Assembly (NCBI GenBank): GCA_025558095.1
Contig: JAIVFI010000034.1
Coordinates: 434,001 to 498,000 of the forward strand
DNA length: 64,000 bases
Direction of reading: 5' to 3'
Source of the DNA: Hyaloraphidium curvatum SAG 235-1
Taxonomy: Eukaryota; Fungi; Monoblepharomycota
Part shown: positions 48,984 through 58,514 of the stretch, piece after piece
Numbering within the stretch: position 1 is the stretch's first letter
How the letters are laid out: the number at the start of each line of letters is the position of its first letter
Notes under the pieces: model-generated
What the model was told of the DNA's origin: nothing
The model's database searches: none
What the model saw: only the letters and a program-made list of their open reading frames with translations
Made by a program: the position numbers and the translations under genes

Positions 48984-51900
48984 ATGGGGTCGAAACGAGG
49001 GCGAACATCGGACAAGGGGTCGGACAGCGACGATCCCGGCGAAGGGTCTTCGGCACACCCACCTGCTCCCCGGAAGCGCGCCAACCAAGCCGGCGAGTCC
49101 GAGGTCGTCGATGCTGCAGCTCAGCTTCCCGTGGCCGTGGCCGTGCCGCCCAACTCCGAGTCCGACGACACGGAGCTCGCATCGTCGCTGGTGGCCGCCG
49201 TGTCGCAGAATGACACCGAGTCGGACGACTCCCGGCCCAAGGAGGCGATTCCCCAGAAGCGGCCCCGCAAGGACGGCGACAAGGGCAAGGAGCAGGCCGA
49301 ACCCGTCCCGTCGTCTCCGAAAGGCCCCGAGCCCAAGAAGGCGAAGAAGAAGGGCTACGATGCCGCCGCCGCCGCTGCCCAGGCGGCCCTGGCGCCCGAA
49401 CATTCTGCCCACCTCGAGCAAGCCAACGTGCCCACCGGTTGCCCCGCCCTGCTTTGCGGAAACACTGATCATTGGGATGCCGGTCACGGCGACGGGAGCG
49501 GCTGCCAGTTGTTTCCCTGCGGGAGCCTCTACCACAACACCAAGGAACATCTGAAGCGGCCCGATCCCCGCATGCCTTTCATGTGCCCGCACTGCGACCC
49601 GCTCAACACGCTCGACCACGACGAAGGTTTTCACTCGGTCTGCGGCACGTGTGGCGAGCGTGACCATGGCGACATCGCCCACGCGCACCCTTGCGACGCC
49701 CTCGTGTGTACCGGGAGGATCTGGGCGTCGCGTTCAAAGGAGGAACTGTGGGAGATGGTCGCAAATGGCTTCCTGTCCGAGAACGTGCTGTACTCGTGGT
49801 TCCCCCTGATCTCGTACGAGGACCACGTGCTCGAGCACAAGCATACCTTCGTTTCCGTGGAGGAGCCCAACGGTTGCCGGCCTTTCCTCGTTCACTGCGG
49901 CTCGCTGGGCCACACTCGCGCGGCGCACGACGGGGTAGAGCCTCTGTACTGTTCGCAGTGCGGATCGTTTGAGCACCGGGCCAAGGAGCACGTGCACTAC
50001 ATGTCTGCGTGCCACACGAGCGCCAACGGCTGCGGACAAAGGGGTCACTCGAAGGTTACCGCCGGGGCCTGCGTGCTCAACATCAACGATCTGAAGAAGC
50101 TCACGCCCAAGGAGGCGCTGGACGAGCTCATGGGCCCGCAGTCTGCCCAGAGGACCGTTGTCATGGCGTTCCAAAAGTTCCTGAGGTACGGGGACCGGAC
50201 GGCGCGGGAACCCGCGAGCCCAGAGGAGGAACTAGCTGCCACGCTCTACGAGGTCATCGAGGATGCCATCGGGCGGTTCACGAAGCTCTCGTTCGAGATG
50301 TCTCTGTTCATGGACCTCTTCTTCAAGTACGTGCGCGACTTGCGGCTACTGGGAGGGAACCTTCGGTACCCTCACCTGGACATGAGCCTCGGCCTGAACG
50401 CCTTCTTCGCCGTGGCGGCGCCACTCGACGGCGACGAAGACCACGCCGATACTCTGGTGCCGCTTCTGAACACGTTCCGCGACACGGAATGGCTGGGCTG
50501 CGTCAAACGAGCTGCTCGTCACGGCTACAAGCGGACGTCACGCGTTGGCCTCGACCAGATCATGCGGACCGCGTCACAAGGCTACGTGACGGCTGCCATG
50601 AACTCGGCGAAGGAAAACCTGCACGATCGGGTGCGCGCGTGGACGATCTGCAGGCTGCGCATCCCGCTGCAACCACGGCCATCGCGACCCACTTTGTCAA
50701 CAGCCTGAAGTTCTGGGATCCGAGGGAGCACCCCGCCAACACGAACCGGCCCTTCACGCTGCCAAACAACGAGCTCTACGACAAGGTCATGACCGACCCG
50801 CTGCTCCTGGAGATCTGCCGCGACGTCTACACCGAGCTGCGCGACGACCTGCTCAAGGGTCTCTACCTCAACCCGTACTGGGTCGCGTACCACTGGCAGA
50901 GGTTCTTCGACGTCCTGTTCCGCATCCAGCGGGAGCACGAGGCGCTGCGCAAGAAGCTGGTGCAGTGGACGGAGAACTTGAGCAAGAGCGAGAGGAAGTT
51001 CGCTCTCCGCAACTTTCCCTACAACCACAAGCTCGTGAAGCCCTTCAACGTCCTCCCGCGCTTCTCGACCGAAGCCAAGCACATCCTCATCGACCGCATC
51101 GCTCTTCACCAGCTCATCCAGGTGGCGCAGCGGCGGCTCGGCCAGGAGCCCACCTCGCTGGCCGACTACCTCGCCGCGGAAGCCGAGGATCCGGAGCACT
51201 GGTGGCGCATGTTCTTCCGGCCGGAGAAGGTCAACACCGGCGGCGCCGAGAATCCATCGAGGCACTTCGACTACTCCTTCTCCACCGATGCCGTGAAGGC
51301 CTCGATCACGGTTCGCGTGCGGAAGCCGGCAGAGGAGCAGCCCGGCACGTCGTTCTCCGACATCAAGATCCCCGGCATGTCCGTTGCCGGGCTCGACCCC
51401 GGCAGCACAGCCATCCTCACGATTTCGACGGGGCTCTCGACGCCGGGGGACGACAAGCACCACGGCCACAGCAAAGCCGTCAGCGTCTCCGCGGGCGAGT
51501 ACTACCACCTCGCCCGGTACAAGAACAACACGTGGAAAGCAAACCAGCGCAAGAAGCGGCACCCGTCCATCCTTGAGATCGAGCGCGACACGCCCGTGGC
51601 CAAGGCCTCCACGGTCGCTCACACCAAGCTGTACATCCACCACTGTCTCAAGCACCTCTCCACGATCGTCGGCTTCTACGGGACAAAGGTCCACCGGCGG
51701 TCTCGGTTCGACCGGTACATCGGCAAGCACACCGCGCAGGAAGCCGTTGCCGAGAAGGTCATCAAGGGCTGCGGCGTCGAAGCGGAGCGCCTTATACTTG
51801 CGTTCGGCAAGGCCAGGTTCCGTCACAACATGCGCGGCGGCGTCACGACTCCAGGGTCGGCACTGGCGTGGCTGAAGCGCATCCTGCGCCGCCGCGGCGT

Positions 51901-52239
51901 CACGGTCACCGAGGACGTGGAGGAAGACATGACGTCGCAGATCTGCGCGGCGTGCTGGGAAAAGGTCGGCAAACAACACCCGAAGAACGGGCACTACCAG
52001 ATCAAGGATTGCAGAAATCCGGATTGTTTGATCAAGTGCTGGAATCGGTTCGTTGCCTTAGGTTCTCGTCACGCAGCTCCTGACACTTCGGCCGCAGGGA
52101 CGTCATGGCTGCCACCAACATCCGCACCATTGCCTTGTCGGAGATCCTCCACGGAGGCAGGCCTCCCGTGTTCTTCTCGACGCGGAGGGCCAACTTCGAG
52201 GGACGCGATCCGGCGAGCGCGGGTGTCATCGTCAACTAG
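48984..52239 (+). CDS. Fanzor1-like (TnpB-derived) RNA-guided RuvC endonuclease, ~1,070 aa, one frame disruption near 50630-50670 and one intron 52048-52097
   Basis: FSTDAVKASI, RuvC-I VAGLDPG (D 51395-97), SVSAGEYY, ILAFGKARF, RuvC-II VEEDMTSQICAAC (E 51923-25), CRNPDC, spliced RuvC-III WNRDVMAATNI, terminal GRPPVF. Confidence 0.9.
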
Positions 52240-52520
52240 GGTCTTTCGGCCCTCCAACGACTCCTGCGTGTGTGACGATCCCGCTCAACGGTCAACTCTT
52301 GCGATCTTGAGTTCGCTCTCGAAAGCAAGGGTCGTGGCCGATCCGATCCCGACTGAGCTATGCAATGATGTTTTGATCGGGCGGGGCATCTATCCGCGGG
52401 CTCGGTCCGGGCGATCAGTGATACGGAGAAGACCCCGGCGGGTGGGAGCAGGAACCAAAACAATGGAGGTAGGGTTCATTGCTCCGGAGTCGGCGTAACC
52501 AATCGCCGTAGTACGAGCAG
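52240..52520 (+). ncRNA. Putative Fanzor omegaRNA scaffold region
   Basis: Series of stem-loops directly 3' of the Fanzor stop, the position where omegaRNAs occur; exact ends unknown. Confidence 0.55.
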
Positions 52521-52685
52521 GATGCCGGGAGGTATTGTGGTTGGCTTAGTTTTTGGTTTCTTAGAGGCTCCCGTTCATTCTGTAAACGGTACTAGAAACT
52601 TTTTCGATCACGCTACTTAAGCGCCGTGACACCGACACCGACCGTAAACAACTTAACAAAGAACCTTCATCTCTTTCTCGCAGCC

Positions 52686-54271
52686 ATGATCAGCGCGCTG
52701 GCGTTCCTGCCGCGCGGGGCGGCTGCCGAGAAGCCGTCCGTGTATCGGCCGAGCGCCGAAGACCTCGAGAAGCTGCGCGAGCTCGCCGGCGAGGAGGTCG
52801 AGGCCGCCCGCAGCGACCTCGAGCGGGCGATGGGCGAGCCCGGCGACGGCATGGAGGACGACTCGGACGCCGAGTCCGGCAGCGACAGCGGGGACAACAA
52901 AAAAAAGATCTCCCGCAAGGCAGTGCCGCCGGGCAAGGCGAACCCGGAGGACCTCAGCGAGTACCACCTGGAAGATTACGACGACGGCGAGGGCCCCGCG
53001 GACCCCGCCTCCCGGCTTTTCTCCAACGTTTCTGCCCTTGCGGTTCCTGGGCCGGACCCGTACCTGGACACTGAGGCTGCGGACAGCGACGACGACGAGC
53101 TGGTGGTCCTGGCTTCTGACGGCGTAATCATCGCCGCCCGCACCGAGGACGAAGTGAGCACCGTCGAAGTGCTGGTTTACGAGAGGGAAGAGGGCAATGC
53201 TTATGTGAGGAACGACTGGATGGTGACGGGAATGCCGCTGTGCCTCGAATGGATGGACTTTGGTCCCGGTGCCGAAAAGGGTGGGTGTTACTTGGTAGCG
53301 CCGTGGAATCTCCACCAACATTACCTTCTTATTCATTCATAGGTTCCTACATTGCCGTCGGGTCTTTCGAGTCGACCATTGACGTGTGGTCTCTGGACGT
53401 GGTCGACGCCATGCTCCCCACCTTCGTGATCGGCACCGCGCTCCCGAAGAAGACCGGCAAGAAGAAGTCCAAGCTCGTCCAAAAATCCGACGTCCAGCAC
53501 ACGGGCGCCGTCGTTTCTCTAGCGTGGAACCGGAACGCTCGGCATCTGCTCGCTTCCGGGTCCGCCGACACGACCGTGAAGCTCTGGGACCTCAATTCGC
53601 CGTCTGCCGCGGTGGCGAGCTACGCGCACCACACTGCGCCCGTTCAGGCGCTGCAGTGGCATCCTACGGACGCACCGCTGCTCGTCTCTGCCTCGCACGA
53701 CAAGACCGCGCGCGTGATCGACTCCCGTGCCCCCGCTTCCGGCCTTTCCTTCGACCTCCCCGCCGATGCCGAGGCTGCGCGCTGGCTTCCTTCAGGCGAC
53801 CGCTTCTTAGTTGCCTGCGAGGACGGTGCGGTGTTGTGCTTCGACCCGCGTTCGTCGCAGCGCGTGTGGACTCTGCAGGCCCACGAGGGTGCCTGCTCCG
53901 GCCTCGACGCCTCGCCCACATTCCCTGGGCTTGTCGTGACGGGCGGCGCAGACCGGACTTGCAAGGTCTGGGACATGCGGGAGAAGCCCCGCATGCTGGC
54001 CAGCAGGGAGTTCCAGGCCGGCCGCATCTTCTCGGCACAGCTGGCGCCGGATGCCGCCTGCGTCGCGGTCGGTGGGACTGGCGGCAAGGTGGTCCTGTGG
54101 GATCTTGGCGAAGTCGACTCCGTTCGGCGCGCCTGGGAAGGGGTCGAGGGAGAAGGCGAGAACAGGCGGGAGGTTGTGGTTGTGGAGGAAGGCGGCAGCG
54201 GGGACGAGGCGGACAGCGACGACGAGGAAGGAGAGAACGCGGGTAGTGATGGGGAGATGGAGGAAGATTGA
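52686..54271 (+). CDS. PWP1: Periodic tryptophan protein 1 (WD40, ribosome biogenesis)
   Basis: MISALAFLPRG, LSEYHLEDYD, DPYL, RTEDEVS, PLCLEW, IDVWSLDVVD, HTGAVVSLAWN, LASGSADTTVKLWDL; intron 53281-53342. Confidence 0.93.
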
Positions 54272-54334
54272 TGGATTCGGTCCGCGCTAGTGAGCGTGCC
54301 CTGTTGTCTACGGAATGACTTCAATTGATTCGGT

Positions 54335-56109
54335 CTAGACATCGCCCATTCGCCCATCCTGAGAACAAGGAGCCGAACTGTGCTCCGTGCCCGACGTTGC
54401 GGGTCTGGACGATGCTCTCCGTAGCGCAGTTGCCATTGGCCCTTCGTCCGCTGACGGCTTCCCAGCAAGATCGCGGCCGCGAAGAGTCTCGAGCTCCTTC
54501 CGAACTTCCTCCAGCTGCGCCTTGTACATGCCGATCTCGCTCTCGAGAGACTGATTGCGACAACGGAAGTGTAAGAAGCCGCTTGTTTCGGTCGAGAAGC
54601 AATACTGACCCGAATCCGCCCCGCATCCCCTGTCTTCTTTCCCTGCGTGCCGCCATCTCCGCACACCTTGACTGCTCTCTCGCAACGCTCGGCCCACTCT
54701 CCTGCCTCCCTCTTCGCGGCATCCAGCTCCGCCTCGAGACGGGCATGCTCGTCTGCGCGCGCGATCAGGCGCCGCTGCAGAGCAGAGCACTTGGCCGAAA
54801 GCTCGGCCAGCGGCGGATCCGTTGCAGGAAGCGTGCGCAGGCGGTGCACGTTCATTGGGTTGGCAAGCTCCTCTGATCGGGCGGGAAATGGGCAACGTAA
54901 AAGGGTGCCTTTGCCGCGGCTCGCAGAAAGCGCTCACCCTCCAGCGCTCTGACGCGGATGCGTTCCTTGGCCAAAGCCTCTTCAGTTGCTAACAACTCCC
55001 GACGCAAGCCGCCAGCACGTTTGTCTGCCTCATCCGCGCCTTTCTTCTCGGACCGTAACCGCCGCAACGCCAAAGCCGCCCGAGCAAGGGCCTCGGCCCG
55101 TTCCGCCAGCTCGCTCCTTAGCGCATCCGCTTCGGCACGCAGCGCTTCAGCATCTGCTCGCCGCACTTCCTCGTCCTCGCGCGATCGGTCGAGTTGATTT
55201 GACAAGGCGTCGCGTTCGGAGGCAGCGTCCCCTGCCTGACGCCTCAGCACCGCCTCCCGGGCTTCTCCCTCCACTACTCTCTTCCTCAGCTCGTCAATAT
55301 CATTCCCGAGCTCTCTCCGCTCTTCCCCCGCCCGAGCGAGCTCGGCGTGTAGCCGCTCGCCTTCGCGCCGCAACGAAGCCACCTCCCTCTCCAGCTGGGC
55401 GCGCTCCGCACGGCCTTCGCGGAAGGCGGCGCCGGCTTCCGCCCGAGCGAGGTCGAGCGCGTGTTGTGCGGTGCGGAGTGTTGCCGTGCGCGCCTTCAGG
55501 TCCAAGTGCGAGGAGAGGAGCTCGGCGTGGAGGCGGTCCCGATCGGACCGCATGTCCGCGTAGGCCGCCTAGTGCCGTCCAACGCAGTCAATACACACCT
55601 CAATGCCGTTTGGTGCAAAATACCGCACCTCAAGGTCTGTGAGCCTGCGTGCCCGCTCGAGGTCGACCCTTTCCCGTTCGACTTCGGCGGCCTGCGCCTC
55701 CGCCAACCTCCGCGCCGTGCTCTCCAAGTCCGATTCCGCTTCCTGCAGCCTCGCCATCAATCCTTGCCTGTCCCTTTCGAGGGCATGCACCGCCTCGCCC
55801 GAAGGTCAGCACCCGTGAGGGCGTCGGCACGGCAAGGCGCTCCACCTTGCCCAACCTCCCCGCATCCTCCCTCACCCTCTTCAGCTCCTCCTCCGCCCTC
55901 CCTTCCCGCTCGGGTCGCAGCTCCCAGCCGCCATGCCACCGGCCGAAGGACCGCACGCGCGCCTCGCGGGCCTTGCCGAGTCCTGCGAGGGCGGCCCAGG
56001 CGCGGCGGAGCTCCCGGTCCAGGGCCACTTCCGCGGAGCTCGATGGTGCATTTTGGGGCAGGAGTGGGAGGGAATGGGGAGCGGAGGGGCCGGAGGGGTC
56101 GGGCGCCAT
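54335..56109 (-). CDS. Multi-exon coiled-coil protein, unknown family
   Basis: E/R/A/L-rich heptad exons (54852-55553, 55569-55790, 54335-54937 frames) linked by short introns. Confidence 0.55.
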
Positions 56110-56383
56110 GCCGCGGAGTCCGTCGGGGGGGCGGTCTTCAGACCCTGGCAAAACCCCGGAACAGACGCTGGGGGGCCATCACGGTCCGAGATTCAGTGTG
56201 CCGGTCAAAAGAGGAGGCTCCAGGCTCCCCGTGGGCCGGCGTGGTTCGGGCGCAGAGCGGAGCTTCGGTGGTCTTCGGGCGGAAGCCACCGCGGCATCCT
56301 TGGCTCTCAATCGCCACGCGTGCGCCAACTTGACCGTCCACACACACACGAAGGACCGGCGCCGCGCCCACATCGGCGCCAAG

Positions 56384-56730
56384 ATGGTTGGCCTTTTCGA
56401 CCGCCATCTGCTGGCCGGGAGCTGAGCCGCGACGGATGACAGCCTAAGGCCGGGAAGACGAAGCCGTCAACGAAGACCGAGAAGGGCAAGAAAGGCGGGG
56501 AGGACAAAGAGCGCAAACCCCCGACCAAGTATAACGAGTTCATGAAGGTGCTCTATTGCGTCTCGACGTGGCGAGTTTTCTGACGCCGTCGTTCCTCGGT
56601 TCCGCGTCCCGACAAGACGGAGCTGCCCAAGGTCAAGAAGGAACACCCCGAGCTCGACCACAAGCAGGCTTTCGCCCAAGCTGCAAAGAACTGGGGCACC
56701 AGCAAGGAGAATCCAAAGAACCAGAAGTGA
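56384..56730 (+). CDS. Small basic YABBY-C/HMG-box-like DNA-binding protein (~73 aa)
   Basis: ATG (56384-86), intron 56387-56442, exon PKAGKTK...PPTKYNEFMK, intron 56548-56616, exon TELPKVKKEHPELDHKQAFAQAAKNW...ENPKNQK*. Confidence 0.88.
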
Positions 56731-56940
56731 TCTGGACGCGGCGCCCGAGACGATGGGCGTATTTGCCATGGGACGGCGCCGAAGGGGGATTGCGGAGCGG
56801 ACCGGACCGCTCAAGATGCCAGATCACCGCTGCCGATGTCTCACCGACGGACCCCGGCCGCCTCCGATGGGAAAAAGAGACCTGTAATCCGCACTCGCTC
56901 AAAACCGCCGCGCCTCCTCCCTGCTTTCCGCCGCACCGAT

Positions 56941-58327
56941 CTAGAAGTCGGGCGCCGCGGCGGTCGGCTTGAGCTTCTCGGCAGCCTCCTTGGCGTTCTT
57001 CGCGGCGCGGGCGTCCAGCTCGGCGAGCTCGGCGTACAGGCGCTGGCGAGGGAACGGATCAGCTTTTGCCCAACCCCACGCTGCCGCCTCGAACGGATGC
57101 CCACCTCGCTGCCGGCCGGGCGGGGCACGCTGCCCTTGAGGATGTCCTCCGCCCGGACGCCTTTGCCGTACTTGGCCTCGTTGGCCCACTGGCGCTCGAT
57201 GATCACGGAGCCCTCGAGCGAGATGCCGGCGAACAGACCCTTGGTCTCTGCAAGTCGGGGCCGTGGTCAGCCGCCGATCGCCGCAGATTCGGCCCGCCCG
57301 GACCCACTCGAGTAGGTGTACAGCGGGGCCAGGTCGGCGAGGGCAATGTCGAGTTCGCCCGTGCGGCCGATGGGCCCGATCGCGAAGGCGATCTCCACGC
57401 CGAACGTGAGGTTCGCGCGAGACTGGAACGACCTGACGGCGTCGTCGGTGGCGAGCACCATGACGATGTCCGACACCTGCGCGCCCATCTGGGCACCCCA
57501 GCCGGCGCCGACGATGCCGATGGCCGAGGGGGCGGACCAGGTGCCGTCGGGGAGCTTGGCGACGACGATGCCGGAGCCGGCGCGGCCGGACCAGCCCCAC
57601 GCGACCTTGATGACGTGCATGATGGCGAGGCCCTTGGCGCGGTCGAGGATGGACTTGGGGATGAAGAAGTCGATGCCTGCGTGCCGGATCGGGGAACGTC
57701 AGGGAAGCTCCGCAATCCGCGGTGGTCCTCGGGGCAACGCACCCTTGCCGGGGTTGATCACTGGGCGGGATTGGAAGGTCAGCTTTCCGGAGCCGACGGC
57801 GCGACAACAATCGGCCCACCGTTGTTCAGGGTCTCGGCGGCCTTCTCGCACTCCTTGTCCATGTTCTCGGGCAGGGGGTTCATGTGCATCACGTTCTCCT
57901 TGACCTCCTTCATGAACTGGAACGGGACGGCAACGTTGGCGACGGGCCCGCCCTTCCCTCAGACCGAAACCCACGTCAGACTCCTCCTCGACCATCTGGC
58001 CTGCAACACAGCAAAGTCAGCAGCCGGAATGCGCTTCCGACGGGTGGCCGCCTTACCGTTGGGGCCCTGGACCATCTGCGTGGGCGGCGGCAGCTGCTGG
58101 GCACCGACGGGCGCCGCGTAGGTAGCGCTGCCGACGGGGGCCGCGGCCTGCTCGGTGGGGTAGGAGATCTCATCGGCGTAGGCTGGATTCCGTGGCGGTC
58201 GGGCGTTTTCGACGGATGCGGGCGGGGAGGTCAGGCCTGGGGCTGCGGCTGCGGCGGCCCACGCACCAGGCGGGCCGGGGAGGGGCGCGGCCTCGGCGGG
58301 CGCGGCGCGTTCTTGCTGGGCGGCCAT
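56941..58327 (-). CDS. SYLF/Ysc84 (DUF500) lipid/actin-binding domain protein
   Basis: IPKSILDRAKGLAI, SGRAGSGIVVAKLPDGTWSAPSAI, GAQMGAQVSDIVMVL, YTYSKTKGLFAGISLEGS (spliced), ANEAKYG; several introns; no SH3 seen. Confidence 0.88.
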
Positions 58328-58514
58328 CGTGTGTCGCGGGGCGGCGGCGGTGGGCGGGATGCACGACGAGTTGCGGCCTCAGGGTCTCGTTCACCGGGAG
58401 GCGGTCGGCCCCCTGAACCCCTGACCCTTTCTCCGCACATCCCGACTGCCCTGCTGCCGTCTTCCCCCGGCTCGCCGCCGCTCCCTTTCCCGCAGGAAGC
58501 TCCGCTCCGCAGCG

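Larger units (their letters stand above)
47550..52600. mobile_element. Putative Fanzor-carrying transposable element (ends not resolved)
   Basis: Lower-GC flanks, decayed divergent ORF, Fanzor gene and structured 3' non-coding region between two ordinary host genes; no transposase recognised. Confidence 0.6.

Noticed and set aside
49440-50075. Retrotransposon Gag (zinc knuckles)
   Set aside because: No protease, RT, RNase H, integrase or LTRs; the downstream frame is a TnpB/Fanzor RuvC.
50586-50653. 68-nt intron as a fix for the Fanzor frameshift
   Set aside because: It restores the frame but would delete the YVTAAMNSAKENLHDR helix, which looks like conserved coding sequence, and has no clear branch point.
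48984-52600. Prokaryotic Cas12 or IS605 TnpB locus / CRISPR array
   Set aside because: No repeat-spacer array, cas genes or tnpA; the gene has a spliceosomal intron and NLS-like motifs.
56436-56447. ATG at 56436 as start of the YABBY-like gene
   Set aside because: Reads ATG ACA GCC TAA (immediate stop); its CAG serves as the intron acceptor instead.
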